A stretch of DNA of 64,000 nt from a bacterium. Its GTDB lineage: Bacteria; Patescibacteriota; Microgenomatia; UBA8517. A program made the position numbers and the translations under genes. Shown here piece after piece: positions 32,371 to 43,183 of this stretch. Below the pieces are notes generated by a model. It was not told the origin of the DNA and searched no databases. It saw nothing but the letters and a program-made list of their open reading frames with translations. Where the stretch lies: the NCBI GenBank assembly GCA_021824915.1, contig JAKAJP010000022.1, positions 23,832-87,831 on the forward strand. Direction: 5' to 3'. Position 1 is the stretch's first letter; every line of letters begins with the position of its first letter.

Positions 32371-33657
32371 TTATATCTTTCCCGCTCTCGTTTGTCGAAG
32401 AAATCTAATATAAAGAAAGATAAAAAGAAGCAAATTGATCGCACCCAAAACCCTTGGAACAATCCTACCGTCTCCAGACATGAAAGCTACAAGTGAAGGA
32501 ATAAGAGGCATCCACCAAAAGTTATACATATTAAGAAGGCTTATTATGCTTACCGCAGTGTAATTAGCAACCAACTCAATTTGCGTAGCTACCAAGATGG
32601 TAAAGTATGGGAAAACAGGATAAAGATATCTTTCATGCATATTAGTTAAAAGCATAAACGAGGCAAAAGCAGTTATCGCAAGACTCCAGACAGCCGTCTT
32701 AAAATCCTGTTTTCTGTAAACAAAAACCAGAACAGGAGCAAAGAAAAACAAAAACAATATATAACTCCAATATTGGAAAGTTAAACCTAGGAATGGTAAC
32801 GTCTGAGGTTGTTCACTTATACCAGTGAGCGCTGCCCAAAGGTTAAACGCATTTGCCGTTATTATCTGAAGCTGGTTAGTGAAAACCTTATCCTTATAAA
32901 GATTGAGTAACCAGACAAATGGCTCCCCGTTAGAAAAAGGTAGAGTTATTAAACCAATAACAAACAGCGTCGACACGATCGCGATCAGCCATTTTTTTAG
33001 ATTATATTTTTGCCTTAAGGCAATTACGGCGAAAATCGGTAAGAAAATCAAAAGCGAAGCTTTAATATAAAGAGAAATGGAAATTGCTAAGATCGCGGGC
33101 ATTAACTCCCTTTTTAGTAAAAAGTAAAAGGCAAGGAGCGCCAGAAAATTTATTACCGAATCATATTGTCCCCAGATCGTCGAATTATACCAGGTAGCCG
33201 GGTTAATCAAAAAAACTATTGCCCCGATGGTTGCAACTTTTTCGCTCACCTTAAGTTCCTTAAAAATAATTTTGTAAATAACATAAGCTATCCCTAGGTC
33301 AGATAAAATTCCAGGGAGTTTGGTCAGTGCCGGATATAAGCTCTGTTCAAAATACAAAAGAAACGATCCCGGGAACACTTTCAGATCAAAATGGAGATAG
33401 CTGAAAAAAGCAAATAACACCTCATAAAGTTTACGGACTGCCGCGAACATATACATAGTTCCCGGCGGCTGATTTGGCCAAGTAAAACTCCAAACATTAC
33501 TTTCGGGGGCGTAAAACTTGGCGGGTCCATATTGCCAAAATCTTATTCCCCAATCAATATGATTATTTACATCCGGGTGCCAAACCAAAAACGAGACAAC
33601 AAGCTTTAATATAAAAGCAAAAAATAAAACTTTAAAAATCGGTTTTATTTTATTCAT
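32371..33657 (-). CDS. GT-C glycosyltransferase, ALG6/ALG8-like
   Basis: HPDVNNHIDW, NQPP, WGQYDS, NAFNLW, MHERYL and many TMs. Confidence 0.68.
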   Translation of the reverse strand: MNKIKPIFKVLFFAFILKLVVSFLVWHPDVNNHIDWGIRFWQYGPAKFYAPESNVWSFTWPNQPPGTMYMFAAVRKLYEVLFAFFSYLHFDLKVFPGSFLLYFEQSLYPALTKLPGILSDLGIAYVIYKIIFKELKVSEKVATIGAIVFLINPATWYNSTIWGQYDSVINFLALLAFYFLLKRELMPAILAISISLYIKASLLIFLPIFAVIALRQKYNLKKWLIAIVSTLFVIGLITLPFSNGEPFVWLLNLYKDKVFTNQLQIITANAFNLWAALTGISEQPQTLPFLGLTFQYWSYILFLFFFAPVLVFVYRKQDFKTAVWSLAITAFASFMLLTNMHERYLYPVFPYFTILVATQIELVANYTAVSIISLLNMYNFWWMPLIPSLVAFMSGDGRIVPRVLGAINLLLFIFLYIRFLRQTRAGKI

Positions 33658-35408
33658 TTCACACCGGTGAAAAGGTAAAAGGCTGGCTCCCCAGAAGGAT
33701 AAGCAATTGTTTTAATAAGTTTAATGTCTTGTGGAGTTCTTTCAGGTTCCATTATTAAATTTATATTTACCTCCTTAGCATCTGCCAAATACAACGTCTT
33801 TGAGTTAATTTCTTTTCCCCAATCATATAGTCCACCACTAAATGAACCAAAGTAGAACTTATCTATATGTGAAACTTTACCTAAGCCAGGTATATTAACA
33901 TCATTACCTATGGGAAAATTTTTCTGCCATGCTTCCGGAGGGTATTCATACCAAGCGGCAAAAAAGACCCACGGAGGTTCGTTTGCTGTAGAAATAACTA
34001 CCTTGTCATAATTTTTATCGATTTGCTTAACGGATTGTATTGCTTCTTTGTATCCTGCGTGCCACCAGCGCTCACTATTCCACGGATAATGAACGTAGTA
34101 CTCATGGATATATAGCGAAAAGCTAACGGTATATAGAGAGGCAAGAAAAACAAAAAACAAAACTTTATATTTGCTTGATATCTTATTAAAGATTCCTACC
34201 CAGCCGAAAGCAATCAAAAAGATTAGAGGTGGAAGAATAAGTATCAAGCGGGTTGCATGATTTCCTCCGTCTCGGGTTAAAGCCGCCGGAACAACTCCGA
34301 ACAAAATCCAGAGAGCCAACAATATCTTTATCTTTGTGTTCCTGGATTTTTCCGAAAAGAAAAATATGATCCCAAATATCAACGCAATTATCTCTACCCT
34401 GTAAAATTCACCCATTCCGATTGACTGGCGCAAATTTGGATCGCCCTTAACAAAAAGAAAGTTTGTTGAAAAGGCTGAAAGATAATTTTGGATAATTACA
34501 TTTCCGGCAAAAGTAAACTTATTATGTATCACCCTGTCAAAAATTTTTGGAGATAGACCGGTTCCCTTTTCGCCACGCATTCTTGCATCGGTCTCCCGGG
34601 CGTTCCCGACTTCGGTTTCAATCGTCGGATCTGAAAAAACACTTATGTAGTTAAACCTTTGTGTGCCTCCTCCAAAAAGGGTACTATAAGCGATCGGGAC
34701 GCCAACAATTAAACCCACGACTATAGAAGTAATCAGACTGGATTTTCGCATCGAAATTATCTCATTTTTGAATAAAACAAAAAGGGTCACAAGAAAAATT
34801 GGGGTAAAAAGTTTAGCAGTTGAATATACCCACGGCATTAAAACAAAAGAAATAACGCTCATCCAAAGCCATTTGTCATTTTTAAGAGACTTGAAAAATA
34901 ACCACAAACCCATGAGAAGCAGAAATATCATTTGAGTTGCCTCAAATCCGGCGCGTGAGTATTGTAAACTCCAGGGGTTAATTGCCATCAGGAATGCGGC
35001 GAGAAGAGATCGGTAATGTTTTCCCGTTGGCGGCTCCTTAAAACTCAAGAACTCTTTAACAAAAAGATATGTCATCAATACCGACAAAATTCCAAAAATT
35101 GCAGCGGGGAGCCGCACGCCAAAAGGAGTAATTCCGAAAATAGCAACCGTGGGAACAGCAGAATATAAATAAAGTGGTGTTCTCCACTCGGCAAGGGAAT
35201 GAAAATGAATCGGAAACGCGTTTCCGTAATAGTCTTTACCCGTATGTAGAATCGAATATGCCTGATACCCCAGGTCTAATTCATCCCCAAAAAGCGAAAC
35301 AGGGTCAGCCGAAAGTTTGTAAAGCCTTAAAAAAGTCGCCAGAAGTATTATTAAAATCAAAATAAACTTTTGGTTAAAGATCTTCCTAAGCATTATTAAG
35401 TGTATCAC
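33654..35408 (-). CDS. GT-C membrane glycosyltransferase, subfamily A
   Basis: GDELDLGYQAYSILHTGKDYYG, NPWSLQYSRAGFE. Confidence 0.8.
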   Translation of the reverse strand: MIHLIMLRKIFNQKFILILIILLATFLRLYKLSADPVSLFGDELDLGYQAYSILHTGKDYYGNAFPIHFHSLAEWRTPLYLYSAVPTVAIFGITPFGVRLPAAIFGILSVLMTYLFVKEFLSFKEPPTGKHYRSLLAAFLMAINPWSLQYSRAGFEATQMIFLLLMGLWLFFKSLKNDKWLWMSVISFVLMPWVYSTAKLFTPIFLVTLFVLFKNEIISMRKSSLITSIVVGLIVGVPIAYSTLFGGGTQRFNYISVFSDPTIETEVGNARETDARMRGEKGTGLSPKIFDRVIHNKFTFAGNVIIQNYLSAFSTNFLFVKGDPNLRQSIGMGEFYRVEIIALIFGIIFFFSEKSRNTKIKILLALWILFGVVPAALTRDGGNHATRLILILPPLIFLIAFGWVGIFNKISSKYKVLFFVFLASLYTVSFSLYIHEYYVHYPWNSERWWHAGYKEAIQSVKQIDKNYDKVVISTANEPPWVFFAAWYEYPPEAWQKNFPIGNDVNIPGLGKVSHIDKFYFGSFSGGLYDWGKEINSKTLYLADAKEVNINLIMEPERTPQDIKLIKTIAYPSGEPAFYLFTGVK

Positions 35409-36889
35409 CTATTTCTCCAGTAAATAAAATAAGATTCTGTTCCATCCAACTCTCGTATTGTTTCAATAATGTCAAAACTACCAGAACCCACATTTTTTCG
35501 ATCAACCACTACAATGCTGTAAACCGGAAAATTAACAAAGTTTTCCTTATGGGAATCAAAATAGGAAACTGCGGGTGGATAAATACTTAGCTTCCGTTCA
35601 AAGAAATCAAAATAATATTTAGATTGGAAGATATTTTCATCGATATAAACTTTTTTGACCGGCCGGATTTTAGTACTCCTTAAAACCGATTCGAATGCCC
35701 CACCAATATTGTTATTAAAGACTGCACGGCTCCGGATACGATAGTTGCCAAAATAGTCAGTTATAAAAAAAGTAAAAAGTAAAACGTAAAAAGTAAAAAG
35801 TGTGTAGAACACAGGACGAAGCAATTTTTCTTTAGATTCCAAACAAAACCTAATTCCGTAAACCGATAATAGAATTGTAAACGGAATTACAACCAGCGCC
35901 CTTGAGATTCTACCCGGATCATTAATTATTGACGGAGCCAAAGGATATGTTAAAAACCCAAATAACAACAATTTCGAGAAACTAGTTTTCTCTTTGAGTG
36001 CGTATACAAATCCCAGAACTAAAAAGACAAATAACGGAAACAGGAATACGCCAACCCTACCAGTGGAGTGTATAAGAGTACGGTCCCCAGTATTAAACAA
36101 AATGCCGGGGTCAAAGTAAGTAATATAATTTTCCAGAAAATTGGATCCTAAATTTTTGTCTATGCTGGTCGCGTAACTTACTTGGTTCGATAAAGTATCA
36201 GGATGTTTAATTAACCAAGGAACAAAAATTATAATCGGGATTAAGAAACCAACGGTTAAAAGTAAACTTTTCTTTAACAACTTTTCCCTCTGTATCACGA
36301 TAATAGGTATTAACGTTGCTAGGAAATATAGAGGAAAGTAGATCTTTCCGGCATGATAACTATGGACTCCAAAACCCAACACCAAACCCGCCAAAAAATA
36401 ATTTTTTCTGAATAAAAAAATCAGCCACAAAAGAACGAAAAAGATCGGGTAAACATTATCGAGCATTAATCTCGAATTGATAAAAAAGGCCGGAGTGGTC
36501 AATAAAAGAATTCCTGAGATCGATGTCAGATATTTCTTTCCAAAAATCATGTGGGTTAGAAGCATTATTAGCCCTATATCGACAACACCCAACAAGGCCG
36601 TAGGAAATCTCACGCCGGCTTCATTAAAAGGTAAAAACTTCATTAAAAGACTGGACCAATAAACTATAACCGGCGTTGCCCAAAAATTATCCAAATGCCA
36701 AAAATAGAATGGCAGTTTATTACCATAAAAATCGCGTCCAATATCCGAAATCGATTTCGCATTTAATGCAAACATTGCTTCGTCTTGGTTAAGATGCACC
36801 GGAGAAAAAGAAAGTTTAAGTGTGAGTAAAACTAAACCTAAAAGAAGGGTTATGACGTATGGAAAAAGGTTTTTAAGAATTTTTGCCAT
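35405..36889 (-). CDS. GT-C membrane glycosyltransferase, divergent subfamily A
   Basis: QDEAMFALNAKSISDIGRDFYG and many TMs. Start set at MAKILK. Confidence 0.75.
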   Translation of the reverse strand: MAKILKNLFPYVITLLLGLVLLTLKLSFSPVHLNQDEAMFALNAKSISDIGRDFYGNKLPFYFWHLDNFWATPVIVYWSSLLMKFLPFNEAGVRFPTALLGVVDIGLIMLLTHMIFGKKYLTSISGILLLTTPAFFINSRLMLDNVYPIFFVLLWLIFLFRKNYFLAGLVLGFGVHSYHAGKIYFPLYFLATLIPIIVIQREKLLKKSLLLTVGFLIPIIIFVPWLIKHPDTLSNQVSYATSIDKNLGSNFLENYITYFDPGILFNTGDRTLIHSTGRVGVFLFPLFVFLVLGFVYALKEKTSFSKLLLFGFLTYPLAPSIINDPGRISRALVVIPFTILLSVYGIRFCLESKEKLLRPVFYTLFTFYVLLFTFFITDYFGNYRIRSRAVFNNNIGGAFESVLRSTKIRPVKKVYIDENIFQSKYYFDFFERKLSIYPPAVSYFDSHKENFVNFPVYSIVVVDRKNVGSGSFDIIETIRELDGTESYFIYWRNR

Positions 36890-37698
36890 TTTTGGCCAAG
36901 CCAAAGAATAAAAAACAAAACATAATGCCTCAGCCAACCATGGTATATCTTGCTGGAAGGGATAAGCTTTCTCCAACGGACCGCTTCGTCGCTGGCAAGT
37001 TTTTTGAATGTTGCACCATGATAATGCGTGATAACGGAGTCCGGCAGATAGTAAACTTTAAGCCCATTCCTCCATGTTTGACGACAATAATCTATATCTT
37101 CAAAATATGCAAAATAACGCTCATCCAACATTCCCACTCTTTTTAGAGCCAATGGCGTAATAAGAAAGGCAGCACCAACCAAGGAGTCCACGGTGACGGC
37201 CTTTTTTGTAATAGGCGCATATTTATCAAAAAGCCCTTTAGATCCCAACCAATATTCTTTTATGGCATTTGTGATTGTGGGAAAGTGAAAACATGAAGCT
37301 TGAAGAGATCCGTCAATGTTAAGTAGTTTTGACCCAATTACACCAGCATCCGGCGTAACTTTAGCGAATCTAATCAAGTTTTGCAATGCATCCTTATGAA
37401 CAATGGTGTCATTATTAAGCAGCATCACATACTTACCCTCAGCCTTTTTTATCCCCTGGTTATTTGCTTTTCCATAACCGGTATTAGATTTATTAAAGAT
37501 TAAGGTAAGTTTGTTCCTCCAAAAAGATTCCTTTTGCAATGATTTAAGAGCTTCGACCGAGCCATCGGTACTTCCATTGTCGGTTAAAAGGACTTCGTAG
37601 GATAGGCCCTTCCCCTCCTTCTGGATTGATCTCAAACAACCCAGAGTTAAATCTTTTGTGTTGAGATTTACAATAACAATTGATAATTGTGGCTTCAT
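36850..37698 (-). CDS. GT2 glycosyltransferase (WbbL/rhamnosyltransferase-like)
   Basis: DNGSTD, GYGKANNQG, LLNND, FAYFEDIDYC, HYHGAT. Confidence 0.88.
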   Translation of the reverse strand: MKPQLSIVIVNLNTKDLTLGCLRSIQKEGKGLSYEVLLTDNGSTDGSVEALKSLQKESFWRNKLTLIFNKSNTGYGKANNQGIKKAEGKYVMLLNNDTIVHKDALQNLIRFAKVTPDAGVIGSKLLNIDGSLQASCFHFPTITNAIKEYWLGSKGLFDKYAPITKKAVTVDSLVGAAFLITPLALKRVGMLDERYFAYFEDIDYCRQTWRNGLKVYYLPDSVITHYHGATFKKLASDEAVRWRKLIPSSKIYHGWLRHYVLFFILWLGQKWQKFLKTFFHTS

Positions 37699-37699
37699 A

Positions 37700-38599
37700 T
37701 CACTTAAAACGCGAGAAAATAACCTCGTCGGAAACTTTGGATTCACGGATTTCTTTCTTTCTCTTTGATATAGCAACCCCAAGACGTGTCAGTGCCATTA
37801 ATACAACTCTGATGTAACCGGGATGTTTAATAAATCTCATAAAAACTCCTCCTATATGCTTTCTCGTTAAAGTAGGGCTTGTTATATTCTTCCAAACACA
37901 AAGTAGTTGGTTCCGCTCTCTTACTCTTTGAACATAACTTTTTGGAAATTTGCTAATAGTAGATTCATGGTGATGCTCAACAATTCCACCCGGTTCCCAA
38001 CCTAAAACTAAACCCCTTTTTGCAGCTCTGTAGCACAAATCTATATCTTCCCAATAAAACGGCGAAAGAAGTTTTTCGTCCATTCCCCCCAAGGTTACCC
38101 AATGCTTGCGACTAAAAACCCCGCTTCCACCACTGACATAGAAGCTGCTATGAAACTCTTTACTCTCCTCGCCCATTGCAAGCTGGATGTAGCCATCATA
38201 AAACGCGCCTTTGGCATAACCCATTCCTTTTTCGTGAAGTGAAACTGCAAACATATTCGGTTTATCAAAATGCGGGAGAACAGAAACAAGAAAATCCTTC
38301 TCCGGCAGGACGTCGGTATTGATAAGTAATATCAAATCTCCTTTTGCACTCCTCACACCTGTATTGACAGCCGCAGAAAAACCCCTGTTAACCTTATGAC
38401 GGATAAGCCTGATGCCTGGAAATTTAGCTTTGATGAGCGCGACACTGTCATCCCAAGATCCATCGTCCACTATTATTATTTCGAGTATGGAGTTTGGTGA
38501 ATAATTTTTAGCGGCAATAAGCTTAGGCAAGTTTTTTTCCAAAAGCTCTTTGCCATTTAAGTTTGGCATTACTACTGAAACTTTGTGTGACTTTGTCAT
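37700..38599 (-). CDS. GT2 glycosyltransferase
   Basis: VDDGSWD, NRGFSAAVNTG, INTD, FYWEDIDL. Confidence 0.88.
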   Translation of the reverse strand: MTKSHKVSVVMPNLNGKELLEKNLPKLIAAKNYSPNSILEIIIVDDGSWDDSVALIKAKFPGIRLIRHKVNRGFSAAVNTGVRSAKGDLILLINTDVLPEKDFLVSVLPHFDKPNMFAVSLHEKGMGYAKGAFYDGYIQLAMGEESKEFHSSFYVSGGSGVFSRKHWVTLGGMDEKLLSPFYWEDIDLCYRAAKRGLVLGWEPGGIVEHHHESTISKFPKSYVQRVRERNQLLCVWKNITSPTLTRKHIGGVFMRFIKHPGYIRVVLMALTRLGVAISKRKKEIRESKVSDEVIFSRFK

Positions 38600-39252
38600 A
38601 CTTTCCTCACTTTAACCAAGTGTAACATCCCAAGATTAAATTTCCTGTCAACTTCTATCTTAAATCCGGCCTCTTTGCATACGCGTGGTAAATAATTATT
38701 ACGATATGTCTGGATATGAGTATCCCGCCAAACCCAGCCACGCGGATAAAAATGCAACCAAACAAACCAGACAACTCTAAAAAGAAGACTGTCTGACGGA
38801 ACCAAGAAGACCCCATAACCTCCTTTTTTAAGAATTCTTTTTACTTCAGTCAAAACTTTTTTGGGATTAACCACATGTTCTAACACTTCCATCGCAAACA
38901 CGGCATTAAAAGTACCAGACTTAAATTTCAAGTCATGAGCATCCCCAACCATAAATTTCATCCTTTTCTCATGCTTCCAGTGATGTTTTGCCCAGTCAAT
39001 AGAAGTTTTTATCACATCAATCCCTATATATTTGTCTGCTTTGGATTTATTAAATATTACCTTTGAAAAAACTCCGTCTGCACAACCGATATCCAATACC
39101 GTCCCGCCCGTTGGCTCGACCAATTTTGCCACTTCCGTAAATCTCCGCCAGTGCCAATATTTTTGAAGCGGATCAACGCGCAAAGATTGATAGTACCAAT
39201 TGGGAGGTGTGTTCTTGTGCAACTCAACTGCTTTTTCAAATGTAGCGTCCAT
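38596..39252 (-). CDS. Class I SAM-dependent methyltransferase
   Basis: VLDIGCADG, GDAHDL, EVLEHV, RILKKGG. Confidence 0.88.
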   Translation of the reverse strand: MDATFEKAVELHKNTPPNWYYQSLRVDPLQKYWHWRRFTEVAKLVEPTGGTVLDIGCADGVFSKVIFNKSKADKYIGIDVIKTSIDWAKHHWKHEKRMKFMVGDAHDLKFKSGTFNAVFAMEVLEHVVNPKKVLTEVKRILKKGGYGVFLVPSDSLLFRVVWFVWLHFYPRGWVWRDTHIQTYRNNYLPRVCKEAGFKIEVDRKFNLGMLHLVKVRKV

Positions 39253-39258
39253 TATTTT

Positions 39259-40791
39259 TTACTTGTTTTCAAGCCTTATCCTCTCCTGAACTCTAATCTG
39301 TCCAAAATATTGTTCCTTAACCAAGGTCGAGACTGCATTTTCTTCCTGAATCGTCTGGTCAAGATACTGCGTTGGAACTCCGTCCATTGGTTCAATTATC
39401 AAATAATACAACTTTGTATCTTTTGACGTTGCCGGTAACGAATCTAGCTGTCCTACCTGATCGCGGCCATGCCACTCGGCAATGTAGCCGTAATTTCTAG
39501 CCCCATACCATTTGTAAAGGTATGTCCAAACTATATTTATCCAGAGCGGGCTAGTTACAGAATTTATGCTGAACTTTTTACCTTGAGACTCCATATAGGT
39601 AAAATCTATCGCTTCAACTTCACGCTTTAGGGTCATTTCTTTTTGAATTGAAAAGAGAGTCGCACCCTTAGGATTTTCTCTCTGAATGATAGCAAGATTT
39701 CCCAAAATTAAAATAACTAAAGTGATTACCGCCAAAACCCGATACCCGGAAGCAAACCATCTATAAATACTCATACCAAGTAATATGGAAACTGCGGGCC
39801 CAATTCCTACCATCAAAAACGGCGTTGAGGTACCGCCCAACGAAACAACCGTAGCATGGCTAAAAAGCCAACTGGCTATAAATAAACCCGCCTTCTCTTT
39901 TTTGAAAACGTAATATGCCGCCAGAATAATAACCAGGAGGCCGCCATAAAAAATATTGCCCGGATAAGTATTAAAAGCAAAGATCCTACCTATTTGATTC
40001 AAATATAGAACTAGATAATCACCGACTGAATTCGAGTAAGCAAGGTTTGGTGAACTTGAAGAAAAAAGCGTTTTAACTCCGCCGATTCCTCTAAAGCCAA
40101 ACTTTATTTCTGACATAAATATCGAGGAAAGCACTAATCCCAAGAAAACCAAAAAAACTAAGAGTTGTCTTCTGGTGACGTTTTTTCTTGAAACCCAAAG
40201 CCAAATCGCAAGTGGAATTAAGTGATATGCCAGAAAAATTTCTGATTGGATTGAAAGACCTAGACCCAAAGCGGTGATCAAAGGTGCCCATTTGTTTTTC
40301 TTTTCTATCCACATCCAAAGGCCAAGATACATCAGCGGAACAGTTAATATCGCAGTTGTCGGATTTGAAAGCCATGTTGCATATTGAGTCGCCTCAAAAG
40401 AAATTGAAAATAAAAGTGAAGACAAAATAGCTGCCCAGGTCTTTTTGGTTAATTGATATGTTATCGCAAAAACAATAAAAACGGTTAAGGAATTTATTAA
40501 CGCTATAAAGTAGGCAGCGTTTGCTGGATTTTTTCCAAACGCATAAGCAATTGCCATTACATAATAGTAAAGGACACCATGATTAAGCCCCTGAATGGAA
40601 GCGGGCGGTCCCTGAATTTTTAGATGGCCTCCCAAGATGATTTGGGCATTTATCGCGTCTCTTGCCTGATCATAACCAAATGTTAAATCGTTGTGACTCA
40701 GGTACATAACACGCAAAAAATATCCCAGCAAAAAAATTAGGAAAACTAACGCAAAAATTTTAACGCGGTCGCGATATAGTTCCTTTAACAT
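39259..40791 (-). CDS. GT-C membrane glycosyltransferase, subfamily B
   Basis: FGYDQARD...QGP...HGVLYYY, WLSNP. Confidence 0.75.
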   Translation of the reverse strand: MLKELYRDRVKIFALVFLIFLLGYFLRVMYLSHNDLTFGYDQARDAINAQIILGGHLKIQGPPASIQGLNHGVLYYYVMAIAYAFGKNPANAAYFIALINSLTVFIVFAITYQLTKKTWAAILSSLLFSISFEATQYATWLSNPTTAILTVPLMYLGLWMWIEKKNKWAPLITALGLGLSIQSEIFLAYHLIPLAIWLWVSRKNVTRRQLLVFLVFLGLVLSSIFMSEIKFGFRGIGGVKTLFSSSSPNLAYSNSVGDYLVLYLNQIGRIFAFNTYPGNIFYGGLLVIILAAYYVFKKEKAGLFIASWLFSHATVVSLGGTSTPFLMVGIGPAVSILLGMSIYRWFASGYRVLAVITLVILILGNLAIIQRENPKGATLFSIQKEMTLKREVEAIDFTYMESQGKKFSINSVTSPLWINIVWTYLYKWYGARNYGYIAEWHGRDQVGQLDSLPATSKDTKLYYLIIEPMDGVPTQYLDQTIQEENAVSTLVKEQYFGQIRVQERIRLENK

Positions 40792-43183
40792 TTTTCTTTC
40801 TAATTAACAAAGTATATCCAATCAAGCCCACCAATGCCACGAGCGAAAGTAGCGAGATTTTAACACCACGAAAGAAAGAGTCGGGTCTATATATAAACTT
40901 TACGACATGTTTTCCTTCCGGAACCACTACTCCACGAAAAGCATAGTCAGCTTGTAGGATTTCCGTTTCTTTCCCATCGATGTAAGCCTTCCAACCCGGG
41001 AAAAAAGTATCAGAGACAAATAAAATTCCTTCCTTGGGCGAATCCACATCTATCAAACTCTCTTCCTCCCCATAATGCAAATACCTAACATCTGCATTAA
41101 ATTTACCATCTAAACTCTTTTTAATTCCCGGGTCCTTCAAAAGAACTACCCGCCTATCCCGTGGAAAATCATTTGAGACAATTTTATTAAGAGCTTCAGA
41201 CTTGTTAGTAGCAACATCCCAATCAAACACAACAAATGCTCTCGGGAGCGTGTTTACATTTTCTAAAACAACTGTGGTTTTATCTTCAAAAACCTGTTTG
41301 AAAATCTTTGGGTCAAAAAAATGTGAGACGACCCCATTTGCATCCGGATTACCTTTCTTATCTTTTTTAATGGCAATCGTATACTTAACGTTAACAAAAG
41401 GTAAGAGAGAGGAAAACTCATCATCAACAGTCCCATATCTCCCCAGGGGTGTGGTTCCGGTATGTCCCGTATTTACTGCTGCAATAAATTTTGAAATACT
41501 CAGCGGGTAGACGGCATCATATCCCTCGAGTGACTCTAGTTTATAGGGCATACGCATATTTATTGGTACCACCTTATCCCCCGTAACTCTGAATGGTTTT
41601 TCTTGACTCATTAGAAAATCAAGGACCGGAGTTTTTGGGAAAATCAATTTTCTGTCCGAAAATGGCGTAAACTTCCATCCAAAATTAAATACTTCAACAA
41701 CCATAAGTGCAAATAGCATAAACGCAATAAACACTTTCACAAATCTGATCTTCAAATTTAGATGAAAAACAACGACCGATAAAAACGCCAAAAGAAAAAC
41801 CAGACATGGAATTGCCAAATTTCGTAAAGCTACTACTCTAATTGAGGTTCCGGCTAGTGTATTTCCTTTTGCCAAAAACGCGACGACTATAAAAACCACT
41901 AACAGAGTTCCCGGAACCAAAAATCCGATCCAAAATCTCTTTTTTAATTCTCCAGATAGTAGATAATCAAATCCGAATCCTGATAGTATTGCCATTGCTA
42001 AGTTAAAAATTACCAGCGATCTATGAGCAGAGGCCGCATTAAAACCACCAATTCCGCTTTTCCATAAGAACATTGAAATTGGAGTAGGAAAAGCAAGGAT
42101 TAATGAAACAACCAATAAAAAGAATGCAACCAAGATTTCTTTTTTCTTCTTTACAATCAAAAGAGAATATCCGGCCAAAATAAAGGCAATAACACCAACA
42201 AAACCGGTATTACTTGTATAATCCTGCGGTCCCCAATAATTTCTGGTGGCGTGGTTTCCAAAATAGTTCGGGGCTATAAAGGTTATAACTTTATCTACTG
42301 GTAAAAATGCCCATTCAAAAGGATGCAGCTCAACTTCCCTCTGTGAATATTTAAGAAGTTCAGCGCCGGGAATAATTTGAAAAGCCGACAATCCAAAGCC
42401 TATCAGAAAAAAGGATGCCAAAAAGAATGATTTTTTGAATACTCCTTTTCCTCGCCAAATACGTACAAACCAAAGAACAAAAACCGATAGACCCAAATAT
42501 AGAATTATCTGCGGATAGCCGGATAACATCATCAACGCCAGCGAAACCGAAACCCCCACGCCATAAACCCATTTTTGTTTAAGTAAAAAGTTGTCGCTGA
42601 AAAAAAGTATGAGAGGAATGAAAGCTGCGGCAAGCGTATGTCCGTTCCACTGTGACCAAATTAAGTTAAAACCACCAAATGCATACACCACCGACCCTAA
42701 AACAGACCCAAATTTTGAAATTTTCCAGTGCCTCAAAAGAATGAACGTAAAGACGGCTGCAAAAAAGTGTTGTAAAACAATTTGAAAACCCCATGCCGTT
42801 ATATTATCCGTCAGAAAGTATATGAAGTTGGTTGGCGAAAACGGTGAGGACTGAAAGTTAGCCAAAAGCGGTGTTCCACCCAAGATTAGGGGATTCCAAA
42901 GCGGAAGCTTGCCTGATTTCAAAAGGTCAACTGCCAAAGTCTGCATAGGATATGTAAATGAAACAACGTCAGTTAGTATTGGATTTTGAACCGGCACGCC
43001 AACCGCATATCCCCATTTATAGTCAAGCCATGGATAATAAACCCCGACAATAAAGTCACCGGGGATTGGAATTAAACCTTTAAGAAAAAATTTCCAAAAG
43101 AAAGAGACAACAATAAAAACTATTAACAGATATGGCCAACAAACCTCAAAGAAGTGAAGAGATTTCCTTTTCAAATTTATCAT
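40760..43183 (-). CDS. YfhO-family GT-C membrane protein
   Basis: PLWNP..LGGTPLLAN, many TMs, C-terminal DTFFPGWKAYIDG...VPEGKHVVKFIYRP and a final TM. Confidence 0.82.
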   Translation of the reverse strand: MINLKRKSLHFFEVCWPYLLIVFIVVSFFWKFFLKGLIPIPGDFIVGVYYPWLDYKWGYAVGVPVQNPILTDVVSFTYPMQTLAVDLLKSGKLPLWNPLILGGTPLLANFQSSPFSPTNFIYFLTDNITAWGFQIVLQHFFAAVFTFILLRHWKISKFGSVLGSVVYAFGGFNLIWSQWNGHTLAAAFIPLILFFSDNFLLKQKWVYGVGVSVSLALMMLSGYPQIILYLGLSVFVLWFVRIWRGKGVFKKSFFLASFFLIGFGLSAFQIIPGAELLKYSQREVELHPFEWAFLPVDKVITFIAPNYFGNHATRNYWGPQDYTSNTGFVGVIAFILAGYSLLIVKKKKEILVAFFLLVVSLILAFPTPISMFLWKSGIGGFNAASAHRSLVIFNLAMAILSGFGFDYLLSGELKKRFWIGFLVPGTLLVVFIVVAFLAKGNTLAGTSIRVVALRNLAIPCLVFLLAFLSVVVFHLNLKIRFVKVFIAFMLFALMVVEVFNFGWKFTPFSDRKLIFPKTPVLDFLMSQEKPFRVTGDKVVPINMRMPYKLESLEGYDAVYPLSISKFIAAVNTGHTGTTPLGRYGTVDDEFSSLLPFVNVKYTIAIKKDKKGNPDANGVVSHFFDPKIFKQVFEDKTTVVLENVNTLPRAFVVFDWDVATNKSEALNKIVSNDFPRDRRVVLLKDPGIKKSLDGKFNADVRYLHYGEEESLIDVDSPKEGILFVSDTFFPGWKAYIDGKETEILQADYAFRGVVVPEGKHVVKFIYRPDSFFRGVKISLLSLVALVGLIGYTLLIRKKNVKGTISRPR

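Noticed and set aside
35765-35800. Short GTAAAAA-like tandem repeat
   Set aside because: It encodes a Phe/Thr/Leu-rich TM helix on the minus strand. It is imperfect and the frame is intact, so there is no evidence of phase variation or CRISPR.
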